This document shows, one piece after another, positions 12,561 to 24,868 of a stretch of 64,000 nucleotides of DNA. The translations under genes were made by a program, and so were the position numbers. The first letter of the stretch is position 1, and each line of letters opens with the position of its first letter. The stretch lies in NCBI GenBank assembly GCA_001938485.1, contig MQRK01206548.1, positions 26,613-90,612 on the forward strand, read 5' to 3'. Under the pieces are notes generated by a model that made no database searches, was not told the DNA's origin, and saw only the letters and a program-made list of their open reading frames with translations. The DNA comes from Girardia tigrina (Eukaryota).

Positions 12561-14252
12561 ATAACTAGAAATATACAATGGCTTTTAGAGACTCAGAAAT
12601 GTTATTAAAATTTTTGAAACAATGTAAAATAAATATACCAATTAAAATGTAGAAAATTTATAATATATATAATTATTTGATGATTCTTAAAGAAATTTTA
12701 AAATTCATAAAATTTAACAAAATTATTAAATAATTATTAATGTTCATGTAATTTAAAATTATAAAATTTTATTTAAAGTAATTATTAGAAAATGATAATA
12801 GAAAGTTTTAAATAAATAAAATTTTGCGATATGATTAAATAGTCGCTAATATTAGCTTAAATTAAAATTGATGAAATTTATAACAGGTAAAATTTATAAA
12901 ATGAAAATAAAGTCAAATATTATAAGTATTTTTATTTATACCGGTTTAAGATTTATAAAACAAACTAATTCTCAAAAAAAAATTTTAAATATTTATGTTA
13001 ATCACTTTGTTTGAAAATATCAAATTTGTTTGATTATCAAATTTTTACCCTGTATCCCAATATTTTCTGCTATCTCGACAAGTTCACTCACTTGATTTTC
13101 TATTTCATTTAAATCATATTTAGCGATATCAGTATTTTTTGAAAATCCAAAATTTTTAAAGCACTTCTGTATAATTTCAGGTTATTGTATCGTATCTTAT
13201 ATCGTTCCAAGCACTAGACAAAAATTTAATTGCATCAAAAATATTCATTTTCTCAGCGAGTTCAGATACATGCACTTTATCTTTATTTTTTTTAATAAAG
13301 TTAAAATCTGATATTTTCTGCAATATGCCTTTAAACTCCTTATGATCCCAGCATCGAGTTGTAACACACTGGTTAAATTAGGTAGGAAAAATTTTAGCTT
13401 AATATTTGTTAGTTTATTTTCAGGATCAATTAATTGAACTGGTACATTATCCAGAAATAAAAGTATTTTTCTATTTCTTTTCTTAAAATATTCGTCCAAT
13501 TCTCTAAGATACGAATTATATAAGGTTGTAGTCATCCAGTCTTTTGAACGTGACCAATATTTAACATTTAACTTAGACAAATTAATATTTCTTAGATATC
13601 TAGGTAATTTTGATTTCCCTATTATAATTGGAGGGAGTTTTTCGCCCAATGCGGAACACGTTAAAGCAATTTTTAATTTGTCTTAAGCATGTTATCCACC
13701 TTTACAAATATCTCTAGATCTAGACAATGTCGTATCCGGTAAGAATCTAAACATATATCCACTTTCATCTATATTGAATATGTCGGCAAAATCATAATCT
13801 TCATAAAACAACATTAAATTTGATTTCCATTCTATATCAGTTTTAATTTCAGCTGCACCAGATTCCTCGCAAATTTTGTAACTTATAATATCATTCCTAG
13901 ACTTTTACTTTTGAAGCCACCCTTCAGATGCCATAAATGTTCCGTCTTCAATACCAATTTTTTTGCTATTTTTAGCGCCTGGAGCGGAGAATTGCCAATT
14001 TGACCGAACATTTTATTTTTGCCAGTTTTAGAAATCAAAATAATTAAATAAATCAAATTTGATTAACAAATTAAATAAAAAGAAAATAAATAAATTAAAT
14101 TAAATTAATAAAATATAATTAAATAAATTAAATAAAGTTAATTGAAATTAAATTTAAGAAAAAGTAAATTAAATAAAAGAAATGTGTAAATAAGTAAATA
14201 AATTAAAATTTGATTTGGGTTTTGAATAAAGAACACAATTTGAGTTTGCCAC

Positions 14253-14548
14253 TGTTACATTCGATAAATAATACTTCGTTGGATTTATGTAGGATCGATT
14301 TTCGAGAGTGTAAAATGAAATTATAATCACCAGAGATTTAATCGATTAATGTATGTGTGTCATTTTGTTGGAGTAGTAAAACAACTGGTGAGCCTTAATT
14401 TTGCATGTTAATCTTTCTGTCTCTGTGTGTATGCGTGTTGTGTGAATGTCTGAGTGCGTGTGTATGAATGTATTGTGAATGATATGTTAATTTGATTGGA
14501 GAATTGTGAGTGTGTGTATTGAGTGGCTAGCTTTTGTATTTCGTCACA
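14253..14548 (-). mobile_element. LTR with PBS, 5' UTR and gag start (13981-14252) of a gypsy-like element
   Basis: The minus strand reads TGTGACG...TGTAACA, then gTGGCAAAC (PBS-like), an AT-rich leader and MFGQI(G)QFSAP. A homologous gag start lies at ~34460-34500 (-). Confidence 0.7.
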
Positions 14549-14786
14549 ATTATCACAATTACAAAAAAAGTAAAAGTGTTCAATTTTCAAGTTCAATTAT
14601 TAAAAACGATTTTCAAAGACGGTGGATTGCCATTGAACGGTCTTGCATTGCAGTGTCTGAATTTTTATGCCAATTTTTTAAAAAAAAACAATTAACAGTT
14701 TTCGGTGTCTTTGTGTCAATTCAATTTTTTCAATTCCAATTTTAAAAAAAAGGAAAAGTTTCATAAAAAATAAAAAGAAAAGATTA

Positions 14787-15084
14787 ATGGATCTGATTTC
14801 TGGCAACCTTTTAAATTCGGACATTTCCGTAATCGATGAGCCACACGATCTGATTCGATTGAGCTTAAATGAGCGAATTTACGTTAAAATAAAAAACGAT
14901 AGAGAATTACGATAGAGGCAAATTAAATGCTTTTGATTCACATTTAAATATGACTTTGAGTGATGTAGAGGAAATAGTGACGACTTTGGAGATTGATGAT
15001 GAGACGCTAGAGGAAATTCATAAAATGAAAGGCGATTATTACCGTTCTCTGTCCAAAACAACGTGGAGACACGGTTTCCTGTCA
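14787..15084 (+). pseudogene. LSM3: U6 snRNA-associated Sm-like protein LSM3 pseudogene, intronless and frameshifted
   Basis: [68 protein letters not shown] matches LSM3 along almost its whole length. Confidence 0.95.
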
Positions 15085-17199
15085 AGCGCCTCTTCTTGTA
15101 AAATAGGACCACTTATTGGATAACCCAATGACCTAGCATTGGCAAAACATCTCCATAAAATAATGTTCACGTCGCTTTGTTTAATTATTCTTGTTATTTT
15201 TAGTGACCTTCCGACTCTAGCTCTGCCATTATAATTTCTTTCTTTTCCAATGCTTTTTGAACTGTGCCTTTCAACACAGCGTATTCCTTTCCAGCAAACC
15301 TTATACTGTTTCTTTTCTCGACAAATTGTATGATTTTTATCTTTGCTTTCAAATCTATCTTTTTTCTTTCAATCTTTTTCGAGGAATTGCTCATTTTTAT
15401 GAGTGTTAAAAAGGCCAATCTTCCGTGTGACCCCCGGATATTTTTAAAATTTTAAAAAAATGCTTTTAAAAAAATATTACTTAAACAAATGATTTTTAAT
15501 AATGATTTAAAATGATTTTTAATGAAAAAAACAAGGGTTATAATAACAAAATTTTGCTGATTTTCTTACTAGAACTGTACCTTATGGTGGTGTACCCAAT
15601 GTAGAGAGGATTCCAAGTCATTTTAAGCAGTGAAATACAAAAAAAAATTTCCGTACCTTATATGGAGCTGTATCTTATATGGGGTGTACCTTATGTGGAG
15701 GTTTCACTGTACATCGAGAAACACACACACACAACCTCCCACTTCCATATCTCGAGAGACACTGACGCTATAGCAACCCAAACATAATCGCATCAGCGGG
15801 CAGTCGGTAGTTTCGGCCATCACATTAACGTGTTAAATATTATTACAAAATTCTCCTGAAATATCTATAAAAGATATATTGATATTTGTTCACATGAGGA
15901 GGTATATAATTTTAGTTCGCTGATCAAAATTTTAAGTTTAAAAAAAGATTATTTTGAATTAAAATCAAATTGAAAATTTAAAACATTATTTTAATAGAAA
16001 ATTGAATTGATCAAAACAGATAACAAATAAAACAATATGTTTAAAAATAATTTAAATCCGATTAAAAATCTTTATTAATATTTGTAAAAATGTATTTTCA
16101 AATTTTAAATTAATTTAATGATTAAAAAATTAAATATTTACAAAATAAAAAATTGAATATTAAATATAACGTATTTTCAAAATTTATAAAATAATAAAAT
16201 ATTAAAAATGGTTTGAAAAAAAACAACACAAAATTAAAATACGGCATATAAGATTTCAGTTGAAAAACAATATTATAAAAACATTATAAAAGGATTAAAG
16301 TAAAATAAATTTAAACATTAAATATTTTTTAAAAAATTAAATAAAAGTAAAATCATTTTGATAAATATTTTTTATTTAAAAACTTTAAAAAGTTGAATGT
16401 TATTTTTGATTTAATTGAAATTAAAAATTGATGAAAAATTATTTGAAAATAGAGATCAGCAGATTAAATATTAATTAAGGAAATAGTTGGAAAATTTGTT
16501 TGAAAGTTGTTTTATAATAAAGATATAATTTGAGTTAAAAATGAATTCTGATGTTGACGTCACAAATACTTCTCACAGTTCAGAAATTCAGAAGTTAAAA
16601 ATTTGGTAAATTTAATAGTTATAATCCATATTTTCTTAAGTCTGATTAAACTTACATTATTGATTATTTGATTCGTTCTGATTCACTTTTCCGTGACGTT
16701 TATTATATTTTACTTTATACTATTATATCTCCCAAATGAGAATATTATATTCTTAAAATTTATAAATTCTTCTAATAAGAATTATAGGTTTTTCAAAGAA
16801 CAGATCCCATATTATGAATTGAATTATTTTATAGGAATTAAAAATTTTAATAAAAATATTTAATCTTCTCAGTCTCCTCTGAAACGATAATCTCTAATAT
16901 TATTTTACTTAAATTCACATTTTTGTACTTCAATTGAGTATTATTATTAAATAAAATGTCTAATAAATTAAATATTTAATTATGAAATTAAAAAAAACAT
17001 AAATTTATGTTATGTTCGAGTAGCATTTTTCGTTTTCTGATTTTTTATTGATGTTGTTTTCATAAAAAGAATAAATTTATATCTATAAAGAAAAAAAAAT
17101 ATTTACAGTGAAATTTAAATTATTAAATTTTAGTCTACAGATTAAGAAAGTTAGAAAACCATATCAAAAGAATAACAAATAATAACAAATGTTCCAACT

Positions 17200-17590
17200 A
17201 TAGAAGTCGTAGTCACATTTGATGCTCTTGGCGAGAATAATATTTTACCTCAGGAAGCGCAGCCTGTCATCGATTACTTCGAAGACACGTGGATTGGGTG
17301 TCCATGGGATCTTCAGGGTTGTCGTCCTCCAACGTTTGCATATGTAATGTGGAAGTGCTTTGATGGTGTTCTTCAAGGGCTAACCTAAACCAACAACAAG
17401 ATCGAAGGATGGCACAGAGAATTCCAACAACTGATATCTGCAAGCCATCCCAATATCTGGAAATTTATTTCTGGTATCAAAAAAGAACAGAGTCTGAATG
17501 AGGTCTGCATAGAGCAGTATACAAGCGGCCAGGAACATGCTCGTCAAAGGAAAAAAATATCTGGAGAGTGCAGAAAGAAACAACAACCAG
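17200..17590 (+). mobile_element. MULE (Mutator-like) transposase C-terminal fragment
   Basis: DYFEDTWIG..PPTF...W..F..V..TNNKIEGWH..HPNIWKFI..IKKEQ. Confidence 0.8.
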
Positions 17591-17997
17591 CATTAGTCAA
17601 TAGGAAGGGGGCCTATTCTTCTCCTCGACAACACTCGGCCACACATAGCACGTCTGACAATGCAACTTTTGAACGAACTTGGCTACGAAACTTTGAGTCA
17701 TCCACCATACTTACTTGACCTCTCGCCTACTGATTATCACTTTTTCAAACATTTTGACCTTTTCCTTCAGGATAAATACTTCAAAAATCAAGGGGATACC
17801 TAAACTGCCTTCAACGATTTCATCGCCTCCAGAAAGCCAGAATTTTATGCAAACAAAATGAATAACCTTGTGCAACATTGGCAAAAGTGTATTGATTCTA
17901 ACGGTTGTTATTTCGATTAATAAAGTTGATTCTACCATGAGATATCTGTCTTTAAAGATGAAGGTTAAAAAAATTCATTATTTTTTAAACAACCTAC
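17591..17997 (+). mobile_element. Mariner 3' half with right TIR
   Basis: LVNRKGPILLLDNTRPH..HPPYLLDLSPTDYHFF..WQKCIDSNGCYFD*, followed by a TIR ending AACAACCTAC+TA. Confidence 0.9.
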
Positions 17998-18223
17998 TAT
18001 ATATTAATTAATGATTAAATCAAATGGTTAGTTAGCAATTAAACTCAAATAACACCATTTCAACTTTAAATTTTTATTGAAAAACATATTTGGCCACTTG
18101 TGTGACATCTTCGGTTCTGTATTTAATTAGAAAGTTATTGCTTATATACCGTGTTTCGTACAATATAAGACACTGTCCTATATTAATCGAGGTAACGAAA
18201 AAGTTAATAGGTCTTATACTAAA

Positions 18224-18269
<46 letters not shown>

Positions 18270-18273
<4 letters not shown>

Positions 18274-18569
18274 ATTTAGTAAGATAACCATTACGTCACA
18301 TTGTGTTACATCAAAATACTCTAATATGATTGGACGAATCACTTTGTAAATTTAAACTAGGTTTACAAAACTTTGTCAACAGTGCTTCAGTAATTGTCTT
18401 TTCATAATTGTGATCAAAGTTACTAATCAAAACCTGAAAATCATTATCATAACCCTCCTCTGAGTTCCATGATGTTTCACTATGTGGTCCAAAATTGAGC
18501 TTTTTCTACTTGATTGGGTATGTTCAGCAATTCTAGTACGGAGGTGACAATTTTTCTCTCAATGTACGA
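18270..18569 (-). mobile_element. Penelope-like GIY-YIG endonuclease fragment abutting (TA)n
   Basis: SYI..HLRTRIAEH..SSILDH..EALLTKFCKPSLNLQ. Confidence 0.75.
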
Positions 18570-19042
18570 TGTGAGGAATATTGTAAATTGTTTGAATTTG
18601 TAAATGCAGTGATGCTGTATGTTGATTTAAGTAAGTTGAATTTAGAATGATGATTCTCCCACCCAGATGGAAATTGGTATTTTTTATTTAAAGTGATTGA
18701 CTATTCGAACATAATTAAAATAATCATTTGATAAGTTCATATTTTTAATTTCACAATTAAAATTAAGTTTAATAATTTTTAGTAAAATTTAAAATTAAAT
18801 GCATTTTTAATAATTTGATGACATTTTTATTATTTTAGGATTTATTGAGAAATGGTAAAAATTATAATTTTTTAATTAATATTTTTAGAGGTTAAATATT
18901 TTAAAAAATAATTTAGAAAAATTGTTCGAATAATCGTGATTAAAAATAGAAATAAGAAAACCAATTAGAACTATGGAAAACGATGAAAGACCTTCTGAGA
19001 GTTGTAATGACTCTAAATGTTCATAATATACAAGGTTTCACA
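18570..19042 (-). repeat. TGTGAG-terminal repeat copy; inverted paralogue at ~20520-20972
   Basis: About 450 bp colinear with the reverse complement of 20525-20970 (shared CCATCTGG.TGGGAGAATCATCATTCTAAATT and GTTCTAATTGGTTTTCTTATTTCTAT). TGTGA...TCACA ends. Confidence 0.7.
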
Positions 19043-19469
19043 CTTGTGACATTTATGATGGTAAAATAAATTTGCTTTCATACCCAATTGTGTTTTAGAT
19101 TTATTTGAAAAATAATTAGAAATTTTATTAGTTAGAAACAACATTTCAATTGTAACACCTACAGGGGCCTGTTTTTCTAAAATTCGTTAAAAATCCATAG
19201 CATCTTCGGAATACGAAATTTTTGAATAAAATTTTTTGAATTAATCTCTTTATCTGTTGCATTCAAATTTTTATTGATTTTGTCTTTTGATTTTAAATAA
19301 ATCGACTCTACAGTATTTTTAATGATGTTATTTAAATATTTCTTATTATAATAATTATTACTAAGTCTATTATAGAGAGTATCTTAATAGAGAGTCTTAG
19401 CAACATTATATTGTTCGGTACAGTGCAGCACTGTGCAGACGAGTGCAGTATTGCTTAGCACTTTTTTGT

Positions 19470-19985
19470 ATAGTTTGATGATTTCTAAGGTGATTTTCAT
19501 GGTTTGCAAGGTAACGGTGATGTTAACTAAGGTATTTTCGATGATTATCAACGTGATTTGATTGGGTGTTAAGGTAAATTTGATGATTTTTAAGGTCACG
19601 TGACGGTTGTATAGGTTTTTGAGTTATTTGATTGGTTAATTAAGGGATTTCGATGGTTGTAAACGTGATTTGTTTAGTTGTTTAGGTGATCACAACCTTT
19701 GTCAAGAAATTGGAACCATTGCTAAGGACCCAGGAACCAATCAGAAACATTTTTGGGGCAATCGCGACCGTTGTTAAGGATACTGGAACCAATCAGAAGC
19801 GACCATTGCTATGAGATCACTGACCACTCAGAAGCGCTGTTAAGGAAATCAGAACCGTTGCCACGGAAACCGTGATTGTTGCTAAGGTAACGTCGACCGT
19901 TACTTTGGCCATTGCGACCGTTACCATGGTTACTGTGACCCCCTGGGGGGGTTCATGTAGGAAAAATGCCCATTTTTTCTACTAA
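19470..19985. repeat. Degenerate ~21-bp tandem array rich in RFX X-box and CCAAT motifs
   Basis: 14-mers start at 19836, 19857, 19878, 19899 and 19920. AACCAATCAG occurs twice and TGATTGG twice. Confidence 0.65.
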
Positions 19986-21146
19986 TATAAGACGAATTTT
20001 GTTTGATTTTGAAAGTATCGAAGACTAACTAAGAGTTAATTACGAAAATTTCAAACTTATCCGAGCGCACCAGACCTTTAAGTCCTTAACTCCTATGAAA
20101 TAAAATTTATTTAAATTAGAAATAGAACTTGTCTTGATTAAAATTTTACTTAAGTTAAAAAATTTATAAATTCCTTTATTTAGATATCCTTTTTTATTTA
20201 CTTTATTTCGTTTTATTAGTGATATTTTGAAGTAAATTAAACTTTTAAAGTCTTAATTTTTATTTTTTAGACCGATTATGGGAGCCGAAATCCAACTCAA
20301 ATAGGGCCGTTAAATCCCAGCCCTAGATGATAACATTACATTAAAAAATCGTTTTATATTAATTACCACATTAACTCCTGATAAATAACTTATTTTCACT
20401 TTAATTCAATAAAACGTGTGTATCTACTTTTTATTTATTTATATATAAGAATATTCTTTATTATTATTATTATTATTATTGTTAACAACATTGAGACAAT
20501 TTTCATTTGAATTTTTATTATTATCATATTTAGAGTCATTACAAATCTCGGAAGATCGTCCATCGTTTGACATCGTTCTAATTGGTTTTCTTATTTCTAT
20601 ATTTTTAATAATGATTATTCAAACAATTTTTCTAAATCTTTTTAAAATATTTAATTTACAAAAATATTTATAAAAATTAATAATTTTAACCATTTCTTTA
20701 TAAAAACTCAAATTTTATTAATTTTATTTATATCTTTAAATGCTTTTCTTTTTAAAAAAATATTAGACTTGATTTTAATTGTTAATTTAAAAAGAATTAA
20801 CTTATCAGATTATTATCATTTCTTTAATATGATTTTAATTATGTTCGAATATTCAATTACTGTAAATTCAACAGAAAGGAACGACTTCCATCTGGATGGG
20901 AGAATCATCATTCTAAATTTAACATATTCGAATCAACATACAGCATTCATACAATTTAAAATATTTCTCAAAATCAAAAACTCCATTTGGATGTAAAAAA
21001 ATTATTAATTTTAAATTGTCTTTTTTTTGCACGATATATTTCGGTAGATTTTCCACAATCTTCAAACAAAATTATCAACAAATGTTCTACCTTCAAGTTA
21101 TGTAAGAGCTAAATAAATACTTTCAAAAAATGAATTATCTCAACTT

Positions 21147-21183
21147 TATGAATTATTATTATTATTATTGTTATTATTATTAT

Positions 21184-21224
<41 letters not shown>
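21147..21224. repeat. (ATT)n-(AGT)n microsatellite
   Basis: Direct inspection. Confidence 0.9.
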
Positions 21225-22681
21225 TTCATGGTAATTTAGTTTTACAAAATTCCTAATTTTTTTAGAATTGTTAAAATTAGCCCCTCGTAAATAATATAAA
21301 ATCTATATTATGTTTTAAAATTGGAGAACAATTAAAAAATTTTCATAAATAAAATTTTTAATAAATAGTGTATTTTTTAATAATTTAATTCATTTAAGTA
21401 TAAAACTAAATCAATAAAGTTAACAATTGTGTTCTTTTTACCTGTTTTATATGTAAAATAATCGATTGTAGACTCTTATACGTAAAAGTAATAAAGAAAG
21501 CTCTTCACTTTTTTTAAGACCGGCGACGCTGGAAAATGCCGTTAAAACTTTCTTGACCTGATGTAAGTGAATTTGATTTCCCCGTGGGGTTGCGGAATAA
21601 ATGTGATGGTTACTTTGCTTTACAAGTCCGTGTAATAGTGTACTTCTTCATCCCTCTCATTAATGTATTATAAAATATTGAATGATAAATCGATTGTTTT
21701 ACGTGTTATTTATTATTTAATTCTATTAAAGAAATAATCTCAGGTTGACTATGACTTTATAATTAATAGTTCGTAAACCCCATTATACATACTCCAACTT
21801 CAAGAAATAATAGGGTAAGATCGATTTTATTCCTAGAATCAATGGCAACAAACGATGTTGGGATTAAGGTCACGCAGTCAAGCAAAAAAAATGAAGGTGC
21901 AAAAGATTTTATTGTCCTGATTCTGACGCTTCATTCTGTAATCTTGACTGTTTCATAGAGAGTTTTTTCACTCGGGTTAGGACTATTTCACTCAGGGTTA
22001 CCGGAGCCGAGTTAAAGTTATTTTAAATAATTCCTTCAGAAATTTTGAAACAATTGTTGTCGAAGCATCTTAAACCAACCTTAAATCAGGAAGTTGATTC
22101 ATCCTTTTTATATTTTTATTTTATTATGAAATGTTTGGTATAAAATTATTTGTATCATGTAATAAATAGTAATGATTTGATTATTTTTATGAAGACTTTT
22201 TAAATACCGTAAATTGATATGTCATGTTCGTGATCAAAGATAGAGTTCATAACCAAAAATATTTAATAATATAACAACTAACTATTTTTCAAACAAATAT
22301 ATGAGAAACAATGTTTTCTTATTTCGCACAAACCAGATATCAAAATTGCTAAAGATAAATATCAATATATAAATTTTAATTAAATTATAAATATTTATAC
22401 GTTATTTTTTAAAAATTTTAATATTATAAATTTGCGACTTTATTTACGACTTATAAAATTAAACTTCCAATACTTTTACTAACTTATCTTATTTTAATCA
22501 CCACTTTAATATCTTCTGTATTTTACTTTCGTTATTTAACCATAGTTTTAAATAATAAATTAATTTTAGAATTATATTATTTGATTTTACTCCGTTTTTA
22601 AATTTTCGTTTTCATCTTTAATTTAACTTGAATTATGAAAAAACTTATTTTTTAAAATTATTTTAAAAATATTTACCCTTA

Positions 22682-23131
22682 TGAGGTGCTCCAGTCCATC
22701 GACGAAAAGATAATGAAAAAAAATTAACTCTAAATAATTAATTTGTAAATCAAATACAGTTGTTTAAATATTCTTATGTAATCAACTGTTTTTTTAAATA
22801 AACCATTCAACTCTATGTTTGTCGTCTTTTCATTTTTATGTTGAATGTTATGCATTGCAATGAGAATAATCATAGCTCCGAATGAATCTTATGCTGAAAG
22901 TAAGGGATAGGGTTAGGCTCACAGTGTTACCTCCGTCGGATATACGGAGAGGACAGAGGGTGTTAATGTTCGAGCGTTCACTTGTGACGTCGACACTTCC
23001 GTCGTTGGACATGTCGGAATCGTTACCCTGAGCGACAACCAGGGTACACAGACCTACCACATGGAACGGACCTTAAATACACAATTAAGTTGCCCGGGAC
23101 ACCGTGAACCGGAACGGTGCCATGGACTACA
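22682..23131. mobile_element. TG...CA insertion with 5-bp TSD CCTTA (solo LTR-like)
   Basis: CCTTA at 22677-22681 and 23132-23136. The empty-site sequence has an uninterrupted paralogue at ~23190-23240. Confidence 0.65.
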
Positions 23132-24095
23132 CCTTATAAAATTGTTTTTAATAAAACCTTTAATAATTTTCATTTTTAAAAAATTGAACTTTAAAATTAT
23201 TTAGAAAATATTTTATCGTATAAAACTCTTCTTAATAAAATTTTGATTTCAATACGTTAGATATTTTTAATTTTTAAGTATTCAAAAATCTATGAATTCT
23301 CGAAATCCTAACCGGATAAATGTAAATAATTTTTTTTTCCAATAATTACTTTTTATTAATTTATTTTTGATTTCTTTTAATAGAAAAATTAAATTTTATA
23401 TTTATTTAACAAAATAATAAAAATAAGAGTAATTTTAATAATTATTAAAATAAAAAAATCAATAAAAAATTGAAATTTAATTATTTATATTATTTATTAT
23501 ATTAATAAAAAACTTTTCCGTAAAAAATATCTTTTTGTTCGTTTTCTGAAAAGAAAAAAAGAAAAGAATACATTAATATAAATATTATAAATTGAATGAT
23601 AATCCCGTGGCAGCTTTAATCTTTTATGATTTTCCGGTATTGATCTTTGAACGAGGTCTAAAATTTATTTAAAGATTTTCAAATGAAAGTTTTTCTAAAA
23701 ATAATTAATTAAGTAATTATTTTAGATGACAACATATAATTTATCTAGAAAATTATATTTTATATTTTCAATAAAATGAATGATAATGATGCTTGAAAAT
23801 AACTTTTAATATTGCGTAGCTAGCGTCAAACGCAACTTATTATTCTCAATATTTAAATAAAGAAGTTAAAATTTATATGAAAACGGAAATATCTTTAAAG
23901 GATGCCTTTTTTCAAGACAATAATATGAGACTCAATTGTTCAACTGTCTTTTTGGATTCGTATAAAGAGAGGAAGATAAGTCTCTCCAGCAAATGTGATT
24001 GTAAGGATGATTTGTAAATTATGATTGTTTTTGATTTAATTCGTGTAACTTTGGTATGATGTTCGAATGTGTTTATGACACTCTCGGTGTATGTA

Positions 24096-24868
24096 TGGAA
24101 ATGCAAAACATCGATAGTGTATTCTGATATAAAGCTACTACGCTGCAGACAGTCTCAAATTAGTTCAGAAAATCCGTGAAAGTTAATTTTTACCTAAATA
24201 ATGAGTCTTGAGGTCGACGAGGAACGCAGGTAGACAATTACGAAACTGAAGGTAATTGTAATTATGATTTATCGCTAACTTTAGCTGTTACAATGCAAAC
24301 AATATTGTATCACTTGGCTGAAATTGTTAAAGTAAAAATGTTTGAAAAGTTCATTCTACATGAGTTAGATGAAAAGCATAAGTGGCTTGATGATACTTTC
24401 TCGTTATAAATGTGAACATTTTTTTAATGTGATTGTCACTTATGATGAAAAGTGGATTCAATATGATAATCACAAACTTTCAACAAGCTGGGTAGATACA
24501 AATGAAGCACCTAAACACAGACCAAAGCATAACATGCATCAAAAGAAACTAATAGTGATTGTTTGGTGGTCTGTGGCAGGTGTAATCCACGATGACGTTA
24601 AGAAACCTGGTTTGTCGATCACAGAAGATGTCTACTTCAGCCATTTGGAAGATATGATGCGGAATCTCAAAGAAAACCATCCTACATACTCAAGACCTGA
24701 ATACCATTTCTTCTTCAATTCGAAATACCTTTTGATACAAAAAAAATTCATTCCAAAGATGCCGTAAAAATGGACGACTAGGAATTTATTTATTTAAATG
24801 GCCTCAACAAGCAGCCGCTCAAATGGCAAAAGTACATCGACAATATTGGTGCATACTTTGATGAATGA
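24096..24868 (+). mobile_element. Degenerate mariner transposase
   Basis: IVTYDEKWIQYDN..SWVD..PK..HQKKLIVIVWWSVAGVIH..KWQKYIDNIGAYFDE*. Confidence 0.85.

Larger units (their letters stand above)
13050..15709 (-). mobile_element. pogo/Tigger-like transposon, defective, split by a 1.1-kb insertion
   Basis: Terminus CAGTGAAACCTCCACATAAGG with TA at 15710-15711 and GTACCTTAT subterminal repeats. HTH/CENP-B region [30 protein letters not shown] motifs FNIDES, LFLDN, LQLDAGII. Confidence 0.9.
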
